Assembly (NCBI GenBank): GCA_965203465.1
Contig: CBDBCR010000001.1
Coordinates: 736,001-800,000, forward strand
DNA from: Nitrosopumilaceae archaeon
Lineage (GTDB): Archaea > Thermoproteota > Nitrososphaeria > Nitrososphaerales > Nitrosopumilaceae
Length of the DNA: 64,000 nucleotides
Direction: 5' to 3'
The notes under the pieces are model-generated. The model was not told the origin of the DNA. It made no database searches and worked only from the letters and a program-made list of their open reading frames with translations. Made by a program: the position numbers and the translations under genes. Position 1 is the first letter of the stretch; the number at the start of each line of letters is the position of its first letter. This document shows, one piece after another, positions 18,682 through 27,826 of this stretch.

Positions 18682-20326
18682 GGACCATCTGCAGGGCGCG
18701 GTAGTAGGGGTACCCGTTGGGCAGCTCAAAGTCGGTCGCGACCACGTCCAAGCCGTTCCTTTCGGCGGCCGATTCGACGAACCACGCCTGCAGGCACTGG
18801 TTGGCCAGCGGTATCTGCGAGGCGTCCATGTCCGATATACAGTCGAACTTTTCGGGGTACGTGTATATCACAAAGGCCACGTCGGTCCTTACAAGATCCA
18901 CGTCCTCGGCTGCCAGCGCCGCCCCGCGCCAATCAGGATCGAAGCCGGTCCCGTTGTCGGCCCCTATCCGGACCTTTACGGGCACGTGCCTCCCGTCCAT
19001 CTCGAAGAACAGGCTGCGCGTCCAAAAGTCCATCTCGACCGGCGCCAAACCTTGCTCGGACAGGTAAGCGTCGAGGGCCCCCACGGCGTGCGCGTACTGC
19101 GAGTAGGGCTGGCCCGCAAGGTGGGAATACCCGTCGGACACCACCGGCGCCTGCACGGCGACGACCGCCGCTACCATGCAGGCGGCCACGGCCCCTCCGC
19201 GCAGGGCGCGCCCGCGCGAGATCCTCGCCGCGATCCCGTCCAGGCTGCCCCCTATCAGCATGAATACAAAGGGCACCATTATCCCCAGCTGCATTATGGA
19301 GAGGAACGAGACGGTGAACGTGCTGGCCACAAACATGACCGACAGCAATACGAGCAGCCCCGCCGCCCGCCTCCAGTTCTCTTTTTTCCCGGCCACCCAA
19401 AAGAGCGCGAACCCAAAGCCGGCCGCGGCCAGCACCAAAAAGGTCGGATCGAAGGGCTGCCAGCCGTCCAGATTCGCAAAGGTGAACCCGTGGTGCGGCT
19501 TTGCCAGTATCTCGAACAGGTGGTACGCCCGCACCGCGAGGTTGTGCGCCAGGTCGAAGTTGTCCGAGGCCAGGGTGGCGCTGTCCCCCGATACGGTGCG
19601 CAAAATCAGGGCCGTCGGCGACCCCTCCGGGGACATGACGTGCTGCACGGCCAGCGGGACGGCCCCTACCGCCGACGCGCAGAGCGCCCACGCGAGCCGC
19701 ATCCTGGAAGGGGCGCGGTTTCTGAAGGCCGCCGCCCAGAGGGGCGCTGCGGCCAAAACCCCCAGCACGAACCACGCCGTGAACAGGTACGCCCACAGCA
19801 TCACGAATACGACAGAGAGCGCCGCCCACAAATTCCACAGGCTCCGGCCCCTGAGGAACCTCATGCCAAAGTAAACGGCGCACAGCGCCAGCGCCAATAC
19901 AATCCAGTCGTACGTCATGCTCTGACGGGAATAGAATATGACCAGCGGGAACGCCGAAAACAGGGATACGGCGATGCCGGCCGCGCGCGCCGAAAAGAGC
20001 TCCCGGGTGGCAAAGTACAGCGATATCTGTATCAATATGGTGGAAAACAGGCTGTACGCCCTTATGGCCTCGGCGCTCGGGCCCAGCGCCCACTGGAAGG
20101 GCAGCGACGCGTACGCGCCCAGCGCCCCTATGTACGGGCCGTAAAAGACCGGAAACGGCCCCAGGTAGTTGCGGTGGGCCGGCTGCACGACGTACGCCTC
20201 GTACGCCCCGCCCGGCTCTAGCATGGGCAGGGCCATGAACGGCAGCGAGGTCTCGTCGGGCTGCAGGGGCGGCAGGCCGAAATGGACAGCGTGCAGGCCG
20301 GCCATCGCGCACGCGGCGGCCGCCAA
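18671..20326 (-). CDS. GT-C (ArnT/PMT, GT39-like) polytopic membrane glycosyltransferase
   Basis: Acidic PDE motif after TM1, FATRELFS..AGIAVSLFSAFP and many TM helices. TATA spacing points to an in-frame ACG at 20353 as a possible original start. Confidence 0.7.
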   Translation of the reverse strand: MAAAACAMAGLHAVHFGLPPLQPDETSLPFMALPMLEPGGAYEAYVVQPAHRNYLGPFPVFYGPYIGALGAYASLPFQWALGPSAEAIRAYSLFSTILIQISLYFATRELFSARAAGIAVSLFSAFPLVIFYSRQSMTYDWIVLALALCAVYFGMRFLRGRSLWNLWAALSVVFVMLWAYLFTAWFVLGVLAAAPLWAAAFRNRAPSRMRLAWALCASAVGAVPLAVQHVMSPEGSPTALILRTVSGDSATLASDNFDLAHNLAVRAYHLFEILAKPHHGFTFANLDGWQPFDPTFLVLAAAGFGFALFWVAGKKENWRRAAGLLVLLSVMFVASTFTVSFLSIMQLGIMVPFVFMLIGGSLDGIAARISRGRALRGGAVAACMVAAVVAVQAPVVSDGYSHLAGQPYSQYAHAVGALDAYLSEQGLAPVEMDFWTRSLFFEMDGRHVPVKVRIGADNGTGFDPDWRGAALAAEDVDLVRTDVAFVIYTYPEKFDCISDMDASQIPLANQCLQAWFVESAAERNGLDVVATDFELPNGYPYYRALQMVPRT

Positions 20327-20457
20327 AAACGCGGCCTCTTTTTTGGATACCGTGTCCGGCGGGGCCCCGCCGGCGCTTTATAACTCTCCGTCGCGGCGCC
20401 TTTGTTCTTGCGCCCGCGGGGGGCTTTGGCCTCCCGGACGGACTCCCGTACTCCGCT

Positions 20458-21408
20458 TCAGTTCGCGCCCTGGCCGTCTTTGGGCCGCCCGCCCGAGAGT
20501 TTTTTGAGGAACACGATGCCGGCCCCGGTCAGAAACCACGTAAACGACACCCTGTACATCAGGGCGAAGAGCAGCGCCTGCGCGTATCCTATGCCGTACA
20601 GGCCCGTCAGGATACCGATCTGGCCGCCCTCGGCCACGAACAGGCCGCCGGGCACGAACGAAAGAGCCGCCACGATTACCGAGACCGAGATAGCAAAGAC
20701 GGCCTCCGCAAAGGCAAGGTCGATGCCGAGGCCCAGCATCAGCACGTATGCGCCGGCCATGTCCATCAGCGGCACGGCCGTGCCCATGCCGGCCGATATA
20801 GCGAAGAACCTCGGGCGGGTCAGCTCTGACAGAGTAGTGCTCGATTCGGCCGCGTCTGGCGCGAACTTTGAGAGGAACCTTATCCTGCCTATCCGGGCCA
20901 GCATGCGCTCGACGAGGTTCTTTCTGCGCGAGACGATCAGGGCCGCGGCTATAAGCGAGGCGGGCAGCGCCAACAGCGCCGGCTCGGAATCCGAATAAGT
21001 CATGCTCGCCGCTAGCAGCACCGACAGGCCCACCAGATCGTAGAACCGCTCCAGCAATACGAGCGGGACGGTCCTCGACTTTGCGGTGCCGAATTTTTCC
21101 TTTATGAATATGGAAATGACCGCCTCGCCCATCCGCGCCGGCGTGACCAGGAACGAGAGGCCCGCCACGTAGTATCTGGCCGTGTCCTTGTAGGAGATGC
21201 CGGGCACCATGGTGCGCAGCCACAGGTGGTAGCGCAGTACCCGCACGGCCACGGACGCGGAAAATATCCCCAGCACCAAGGGCAGGTAGTGCCACTGAAA
21301 CCCCTCCAAGCCGCCTGCCAGCTGCGGCCAGTCGCCCGCCAGTATCAGGACGCTGTATATGGCGACGCTGGCGGCGGCTATCTTCCAGAGGTGTTTGGAG
21401 ACGTCCAC
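20458..21408 (-). CDS. Lysylphosphatidylglycerol-synthase TM (UPF0104) flippase-like protein
   Basis: TPARMGE, LERFYD and VPGGLFVAEG; GTG start about 22 nt downstream of TATTTAT. Confidence 0.8.
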   Translation of the reverse strand: MDVSKHLWKIAAASVAIYSVLILAGDWPQLAGGLEGFQWHYLPLVLGIFSASVAVRVLRYHLWLRTMVPGISYKDTARYYVAGLSFLVTPARMGEAVISIFIKEKFGTAKSRTVPLVLLERFYDLVGLSVLLAASMTYSDSEPALLALPASLIAAALIVSRRKNLVERMLARIGRIRFLSKFAPDAAESSTTLSELTRPRFFAISAGMGTAVPLMDMAGAYVLMLGLGIDLAFAEAVFAISVSVIVAALSFVPGGLFVAEGGQIGILTGLYGIGYAQALLFALMYRVSFTWFLTGAGIVFLKKLSGGRPKDGQGAN

Positions 21409-21509
21409 TCGCCGGAGCCGGACTGCTGGTGATAAATACCGGCGCGTCCGGGGCCCCCTGCAAGGTCCGGCTCCGGCGCGAGCAAAGCGGTTCCTGCCGG
21501 GCGCGCGCA

Positions 21510-21532
21510 AATTACACGCCGCTGGACAAGAG
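21510..21532 (+). repeat. Left copy of 23-bp direct repeat AATTACACGCCGCTGGACAAGAG
   Basis: Identical to 24734-24756; extends to 33 bp with 2 mismatches (21500-21532 vs 24724-24756). Confidence 0.85.
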
Positions 21533-21820
21533 GGGGTTGCCGCATAATTCCCCAGAATGACGGATTCCGGCGCATCCGGGGCCCGGTGCCCGCAGGGGGG
21601 CCGCGCAGATCAGTTTTTCCCCGACTCGTGCCTGAACCACGTCCAGCTCACGCAGATTTGGAAGAACAGCCTAACGCTAACTCTATAAACGCCGGATCCA
21701 ACTGCGTCCATGCGAGACGGGCAAGATCTGCGCCCGAGTTCCAGAAACGGAGCCCGGGCCGCTCAGGCAATGCCGACTGCAAGGGGCGACAGGGCGCCGG
21801 AGAATGGAGCGTGATCGACG

Positions 21821-23551
21821 TTGGAACTTGTAGCCGTCTCTTTTGAAAACTACAAGAGCTTCAAGGAGCGCATCGAATTGGACCTCGGCCGGATCACCTA
21901 CCTGATCGGCCCAAACGGCGCCGGCAAGTCAAACGTCTTTGCGGGCATAAATTTCATTTCGGCGATGGTTCAAAAGGAGGATCGTCCGAGCTTGGATGAT
22001 TGCTTTGACGGGATGCAAGATGCGGCCACAACCTTTTCGTTCACGGTGAAATTGTCCGAAGACGAACGGCGCAGACTTGGGAAGGATCGCGGTCATGGCG
22101 AAATCGTGACTCCAGACAACAGTGCGTTGAAGCTTCTAAAACACGAAGTGTCGTTTCAAAACAACCGGCAGATACGACAAAAACTTTTACTGTCGGATGC
22201 TGGCGGAACGCTACGGCTCGTGCAAGATCTGCGTATCGACGATGATGTGTACAAGCTAGACGACCGTGTAGGTGGAAGCATGGGTCTGAAGGCCGAGTAC
22301 ACCCTGAAACTGAACCAAGAAGATTTAGCCGCCCTGCCTATTCAGGATTTTATTACTGCTTTTGACCAATCTTTATACCGCCTCATGACTGCCCTGTTCT
22401 CTTCTCTAAGATTGGTGGGAGAGCGTAAAAAATTCCCAGGCAGTGCGTCCGTGAGCCAAGACGACGAAGTTTCATCGGACGGCGATAATCTACCAAACCA
22501 ACTAATGACCGTGTTCAATGATCGATCCCAAATTCAAAAATTTAGCAGCAAACTCAACCACCTTTCTTCGGGGGCGATTGACGGAATCGATTCAAAATTG
22601 CAAGGAACAAAAGCCGTGATAGAATTACAAGAAAAATGGAGAAAGAGCACCACCGACCCTTCTGAGATCAGCAGCGGACACCACCAGCAGGTCATCCTGT
22701 TGTCTTTTTTGGCTCGGTTCAAAGAACCGCTCGTCATGATCGAGGAGCCAGAGCTACACCTGCACGCATCGGTTCAAAAAAACCTGCTCGATTTCATACG
22801 TGACCATCTTCCCGACAAGCAAGTGATCATAGCTACGCATTCCCCGATATTCGTAAACGTCTCGGAGACCGAATCGACGTTCCTGCTGTCTAAAGACGAA
22901 CGGGGATCGCACGCGACTCCGATTTCCAAGTCCAACGCTAATTTGATCCGGCTGCGCATGGGGATCGACCACTCAGACATCCTCGGCGGCGGACACCTGC
23001 TGTGCGTGGAGGGCCTGTCGGAAAAGACAGCAATACCGGCGCTTGCGCGCAGGCTGGGGTACGAGGCGGGTCCGTCCCCTTGGATACTGGACCTCGAGGG
23101 GTACGGCAACACAAAACACTTAGAGCTGCTGCTCAAATACTTGGGTATGGAGGACAAGAAGTTCTTCATCCTTTTGGACAAGAACGGCAAAGCTCGAGCT
23201 CATGTAGAACAGCTCTTAAAAAAAGACAAGTTTACGGAAGATCAGTGCTATTTTTTGGAGGGCAATTTCGAGGACCTGTTTCCAAGCAGCATGCTGGCCG
23301 AATGCAGCAGGCAGCTTGCCAAAGAACGCGGCGTCGCGCTAGAGCTGTCCGGGGAAGAGCTGGAGCGGCGCAGGAAGGAAGGCAGCGTTACGGACGTGCT
23401 CGAAGAAGCGTGGCAAAGGCGCGCGCCGGGGCACGGCTATCCAAAGAAGGATCTTGCAGCACTCTTGGCCCGGGAGCCGGGAGAGGTGCCGGAAAAAGCG
23501 GCAGAGGCCGTGGGCAAGGTCATGGCCGGGCTCGGGATATCGAGGGCATAG
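21821..23551 (+). CDS. OLD-family ATP-dependent nuclease (ABC ATPase + TOPRIM)
   Basis: GPNGAGKSN, ISSG, MIEEPELHLH, IATHSP; TOPRIM LCVEGLSE, LLDKN and NFED. Confidence 0.85.
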   Translation: MELVAVSFENYKSFKERIELDLGRITYLIGPNGAGKSNVFAGINFISAMVQKEDRPSLDDCFDGMQDAATTFSFTVKLSEDERRRLGKDRGHGEIVTPDNSALKLLKHEVSFQNNRQIRQKLLLSDAGGTLRLVQDLRIDDDVYKLDDRVGGSMGLKAEYTLKLNQEDLAALPIQDFITAFDQSLYRLMTALFSSLRLVGERKKFPGSASVSQDDEVSSDGDNLPNQLMTVFNDRSQIQKFSSKLNHLSSGAIDGIDSKLQGTKAVIELQEKWRKSTTDPSEISSGHHQQVILLSFLARFKEPLVMIEEPELHLHASVQKNLLDFIRDHLPDKQVIIATHSPIFVNVSETESTFLLSKDERGSHATPISKSNANLIRLRMGIDHSDILGGGHLLCVEGLSEKTAIPALARRLGYEAGPSPWILDLEGYGNTKHLELLLKYLGMEDKKFFILLDKNGKARAHVEQLLKKDKFTEDQCYFLEGNFEDLFPSSMLAECSRQLAKERGVALELSGEELERRRKEGSVTDVLEEAWQRRAPGHGYPKKDLAALLAREPGEVPEKAAEAVGKVMAGLGISRA

Positions 23552-23565
23552 CGGGGCCCCCGGCG

Positions 23566-24516
23566 CTAGTCCGTCGGCTCGGCCGGATCAGTAAACGGCT
23601 CCAGCCGTATCTTCAAATTCTTGGTGTATTCGGCCTTGTCCGGGTACATGCTGGCCATCATGTAGTGTCTGCCCAAGTCATTCGCGGCGATCCCTAGAAA
23701 CTGTTCGGTTTTCTCCCAGAGCCCGAGCTCCTTCAAAGGCCCGCTCTGGGCGTTGGCCAGCAAAAACAGGCTGAAGAAAGACAGATGGGTGGCAAAATCC
23801 ACGAAGCGCTCCGTCAGCACCGGATCGCGCCGGATCTGAAACTTCCCGAACGGGTTTGCGTGGGAGCTGGAGTTGAGATGCGCGTACAAGACCGCCTGGT
23901 CCTTGAGGGCCTTGTCGCTGTAGAGGCATCTGCGTACGCGCCCGGCCGAGTATTTTCTGCGGAGTTCGTCGAACTCGCCTGACGTGATCTTCCCGTCGAG
24001 AAGCTTTCGGGGTCCGGGCAACTGCAGAAACTCCTCGAACGGTTGTGGGCGTTTTTTGTGCGGGTTCTCTGACACCCATTGGGAATGAAGGTCTATCAAC
24101 TCGAAGTGATTGACGGCTTGCGGGCGCCTCATGAGATAGAACGACTTTTGGATGGACTCGGCCACGGGGCGCATCAGGCACTTGCATGCGGCGACAAGGT
24201 CCTGTTCAAGGGCCTGCACCGCCGGAAGCAGGTAGCTTGCGTTATGGCCGAGCGTGAACAGGACGTAGTTTTCTGCCCGGATCTGGCCGGAACCGTCTTG
24301 CGCGCGACCGCTTTTGGTCCCGGCAAGGTTCGGGTTCGATGCCCTGTCGCGCAGGTATAATTGAAAGCCGAGCAGGCGCTCAAAGAGGCCGCCCGGTTGG
24401 ATGCCCTGCCTCCCGAATTCGAGCCTGTTTTTTTCCAGCGATCCCGCAAAATCGACAAAGGCGCCGAGCGCAAAGGCGCGCAGGTCTTGTGCGGAGCGGC
24501 AGTCCGGCAAATCCAT
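23566..24516 (-). CDS. Hypothetical helical protein, DUF5677/HEPN-like
   Basis: Pattern CLMRPVAES...LYAHLNSSSHANP (R-x-x-x-E ... Y-x-x-L-x-x-x-x-H). Confidence 0.5.
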   Translation of the reverse strand: MDLPDCRSAQDLRAFALGAFVDFAGSLEKNRLEFGRQGIQPGGLFERLLGFQLYLRDRASNPNLAGTKSGRAQDGSGQIRAENYVLFTLGHNASYLLPAVQALEQDLVAACKCLMRPVAESIQKSFYLMRRPQAVNHFELIDLHSQWVSENPHKKRPQPFEEFLQLPGPRKLLDGKITSGEFDELRRKYSAGRVRRCLYSDKALKDQAVLYAHLNSSSHANPFGKFQIRRDPVLTERFVDFATHLSFFSLFLLANAQSGPLKELGLWEKTEQFLGIAANDLGRHYMMASMYPDKAEYTKNLKIRLEPFTDPAEPTD

Positions 24517-24733
24517 GCCCGGCTGCAGCAGCCGCCCGACTAAAGGCGTTATGCGCGATCCCCAGTCGACCGTCTTGCGCGACAATTGGAACAATCGGCT
24601 AGGCGCGCCGGCCTTGCAGGCTGCCCGCGCCGGGCATCTTGGCCGGACAGACTCCGCCGAAAGTGGATGCCGAAGTCGCCACGCTCCGTGCATTGTGCTT
24701 TAGGACCGGGCGGCGCCCTAGCCGGCGCGCGAG

Positions 24734-24756
24734 AATTACACGCCGCTGGACAAGAG
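24734..24756 (+). repeat. Right copy of the 23-bp direct repeat
   Basis: Identical to 21510-21532; lies just upstream of the PKS TATA box (TTTATA 24763-24768). Confidence 0.85.
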
Positions 24757-24793
24757 ACAATATTTATACGCATTTGGCCGGCGCCTGCGACGT

Positions 24794-25918
24794 ATGGAAG
24801 GCGCGGGCATAAGCGGCATAGAGTTCGGGTATCCGGAGCACAAGTACTCTACTGCCGAGATGTTCGACATTCTGGGGCCAAAGCTGTCCGACGGGGTGCG
24901 GCAGAACGTGCAGCAGCTGGGCGTGGAAAACAGGTACTTTGTGAGGCCCATGGAAAGCTATCTCGGGAACGGCCGCGCGGACAGGCGCGACGGCGAGCCC
25001 ATATCCGATCTCTCGGCCGAGGTGGCAAAAAGGTGCCTCGCGAACCTGGGGCTCGACCCTTCGGACATAACGTGCCTGGTGGCCGCCTCGGAGAACAGCG
25101 ACTACCTCAGCCCGGGGCTGAGCGCCGTGCTGGTGCGCAGGATAGGGCTGTCCAATTTCGTCCCGCACTTTAACCTGCAGGGGATGGCCTGCTCTACCTT
25201 TCCCAAGGTGCTGGAGCTGGGCAAGAGCCTGGCGCGGAAAGAAAGTGACAAGGTCCTGGTGGTGATCTCGGGGTGCAACTCGGGCTGGTACCTGCCGCAC
25301 CTGGGCGACGGCACGGCCGTCGTGAACCCCAAGGAGATGGGGGACTTGCCGGATCGCGAAAAGCGGATCAAAAAGTGGGTGTCCACCATGTTTTCGTTCC
25401 TGTTCGGGGACGGCGTGGTGGCGTTCGTGCTCTCCGGCGGCGCGCCCATAAGGGTGGGCCGGGGCGAGCACGCCGTCAACTTCGACCAGCAAGACTACCT
25501 AAAGGCGTGCGTGCGGCTCAGGCCCAACCTGCCCGACAAGTCCTACGAGTACGAGCTGACCGCCGGCAGCCGGGTGATCGACCTGGCCCTGGACTACTCC
25601 AAAAAGGTGGTCGGAAAGTTCCTTGGCGGCGAGTTCGACGAGGGGCGCTCGCGCGAGTACATGGGGGGCATGGACAAGGTGATGATCCACACGGGCAGCA
25701 TGAAGATACTCGATGGGTTCAAGAGGGTTTACAGCCTGCGGGACGGCCAGCTCCGGGAATCGTACGAGACGCTGCGCGACTACGGGAACCTGACCGGCTG
25801 CAGCATCCCCACGGTCATGCGGAAGGCGTTCGTGGAGAACGGCGGGGCCCGCAGGGGCGTGCTGGTCGGCATAACGATGGGGTTCGGACTGGATGTCGTC
25901 GAAGTCGAAAAGGACTGA
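24794..25918 (+). CDS. Type III polyketide synthase / KAS III-like condensing enzyme
   Basis: Cys-His-Asn triad contexts GMACS, IHTGS and YGNLTG; also LFGDG and MGFG. Confidence 0.8.
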   Translation: MEGAGISGIEFGYPEHKYSTAEMFDILGPKLSDGVRQNVQQLGVENRYFVRPMESYLGNGRADRRDGEPISDLSAEVAKRCLANLGLDPSDITCLVAASENSDYLSPGLSAVLVRRIGLSNFVPHFNLQGMACSTFPKVLELGKSLARKESDKVLVVISGCNSGWYLPHLGDGTAVVNPKEMGDLPDREKRIKKWVSTMFSFLFGDGVVAFVLSGGAPIRVGRGEHAVNFDQQDYLKACVRLRPNLPDKSYEYELTAGSRVIDLALDYSKKVVGKFLGGEFDEGRSREYMGGMDKVMIHTGSMKILDGFKRVYSLRDGQLRESYETLRDYGNLTGCSIPTVMRKAFVENGGARRGVLVGITMGFGLDVVEVEKD

Positions 25919-26636
25919 GCCAAAGACCGCGATAATCACCGGCGCGTCGGGGGGCTTGGGCGCGCGGCTCGCGGTATCCCTGGCGGGGGCAGGTCTCAAC
26001 CTGGTGCTGACCTACAACAAGAACGGGGGCGCGGCCGCCAAGCTCTGCAAAGAGCTGCCCGGCGAAGCCGAGGCGGTGCGCGCGGACGCGTCGAGGTACG
26101 GCGACGCGCAAAAGGCAGTCCGGCTCGCGGCCAGGCGCTTCGGCGGGGCCGACGTTCTGATCAACAACGCCGGCATCCACGACGACAGTCCGGTGATCAG
26201 GATGTCCGCCAAGCAGTGGGATTCGGTGATCGCGACCAACCTAAAGGGGGCGTTCAACTTTACCAAGGCCGTATTGCCCGGCATGAAGGCGCGCGGGTTC
26301 GGCCGCATAGTCAACGTCTCGTCGTTCACGGCCTTTTCGGGCACCGCCGGCGCTGCAAACTACGCCGCCTCCAAGGCGGGCATCGTGGGCCTGACAAAGT
26401 CGGCGGCCCGCGAGGTGGCAAGGTACGGCATCACCGTCAACTCGGTCTCGCCGGGGTACTTTGACGCCGGGATGTTTTACCACCTGGACCAAAAGGCGCG
26501 GGAGTCCATAGTCGGCAGGATACCGGCCGGCAGGCTCGGCAGGCCCGAAGAGCTGTCCGAGCTGGTGCTCGTGTTGATCTCGTGCGGGTACATCACGGGG
26601 CAGGACTTTGTGCTGGACGGCGGGTTTTCGGCGTAG
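25893..26636 (+). CDS. fabG: 3-oxoacyl-(ACP/CoA) reductase, classical SDR
   Basis: TGASGGLG, NNAG, NVSS, YAASKAG, GRLGRPEE and ITGQDFVLDGG. Confidence 0.85.
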   Translation: MSSKSKRTEPKTAIITGASGGLGARLAVSLAGAGLNLVLTYNKNGGAAAKLCKELPGEAEAVRADASRYGDAQKAVRLAARRFGGADVLINNAGIHDDSPVIRMSAKQWDSVIATNLKGAFNFTKAVLPGMKARGFGRIVNVSSFTAFSGTAGAANYAASKAGIVGLTKSAAREVARYGITVNSVSPGYFDAGMFYHLDQKARESIVGRIPAGRLGRPEELSELVLVLISCGYITGQDFVLDGGFSA

Positions 26637-26688
26637 GCGGCGCGGCCGGCAGAGCTTTTGTCAGATGCGCGTGAACAGTTCCGAATTC

Positions 26689-27288
26689 TCAGAGTTTGCG
26701 GAAATTCCTGAGCATGCTCGATATGGACGGATCCGGGAATTCGTCGGGCGGATAAGTCAGCACTTTCGTGAACAGTGGTTTTGTCACCTTCAGAACCAGG
26801 GCCAGAACCGCCATGCCTGCCAAATTGTTGAACAGCCTGAAGAATGCGGAGACGAGGCGCCCTTTGGGGCGCATGACGAGTATTATGACGTCCCGCGTCA
26901 TGTCGGGCGTATATCGTATCCGGAAGATTGGGCGAAACCCGAAAAAGTCGTGAAGCTTTATCGCCCTAGTGTTCTCTGGATTCCGCGACCCCGAAATGAA
27001 CGAGTAGCCCCTCTTGTCCGCCTCCTTGAGCATTTCTCCAAGGAGCCTTTTGCCCACTCCTTTTCCTTGGCACCTGTCGGCTATCTGGAGCGACGGCACG
27101 TTAAAGAGCCCGCCCACGCCGCACGCGCCGATGATCTCTTCCCCGTCTTCCTCCAGCACCAGAAACTTGCACGATTCCAAACTGCCCATCTGCTTGGAAA
27201 TGCCAGACTCTCTCATCCTGTCGATGATCTCTGCGTCGGTGTCCGCCGTTCTCACGGTGCCAAAACTCAGAGATCTGGATTTAAACAT
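26689..27288 (-). CDS. GNAT-family acyltransferase
   Basis: Acyl-CoA-binding motif CQGKGVGKRLL and NTRAIKLHDFFGF. Confidence 0.75.
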   Translation of the reverse strand: MFKSRSLSFGTVRTADTDAEIIDRMRESGISKQMGSLESCKFLVLEEDGEEIIGACGVGGLFNVPSLQIADRCQGKGVGKRLLGEMLKEADKRGYSFISGSRNPENTRAIKLHDFFGFRPIFRIRYTPDMTRDVIILVMRPKGRLVSAFFRLFNNLAGMAVLALVLKVTKPLFTKVLTYPPDEFPDPSISSMLRNFRKL

Positions 27289-27316
27289 ATGTTTGAACTT
27301 GCGAAAGGCGCTTTGT

Positions 27317-27705
27317 TTACATGAACGTCTCTGAGTACCTCAGGTGGCGCCCCACCATGGCTGGCACGCCGCAGACCTCTACCGCGCGCGCAGGATCCGC
27401 GCATTAGGCCCCGTCCATGCCCAGCGACTTTTCGACGAATACGCCCACCCCGGCCTCCGCGCAGGACTTGGCGATGGCCGCGTGCGAGCGCACCGGCGTG
27501 GCGATATACGCCGCGTCTATGCCGGGCAGCATGTCGCGGTAGTCGCGGTGCACCGGCGCCTTGGCCACGCTCTTGAGTATGCCCGAGACGGGCCGCTCCG
27601 GCTCTGCGAATCCTGTCATCTCCGATCCGTCCAGCGAGTTGAGCATCGCCGTGCGCAGTAGCCCCATCTTGCCCGTGCCTATCACACCCACCCTGATCCG
27701 CCCAA
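27317..27705 (-). pseudogene. Gfo/Idh/MocA oxidoreductase remnant
   Basis: IRVGVIGTGKMG..DAAYIATP..H..VFVEKS (EKP motif eroded). An internal TAA at 27404-27406 is followed by in-frame ..PAMVGRHLRYSETF and a second stop; the C-terminal domain is absent. Confidence 0.75.
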
Positions 27706-27826
27706 CGCGACCGGGGCTGGCGGGGGCGGCGACGATGCAGTTGGCGGCTCGTCAGGTTCCAAACCTGCAAGTGCCGCATGGACGCACGACAGGCGGGTTT
27801 AAAAGGGCGCGATTGTGCCGACCATC

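Noticed and set aside
14807-23551. Assigning the KAP NTPase to QatABCD or the OLD nuclease to Gabija
   Set aside because: No QueC/TatD or UvrD partner genes are adjacent.
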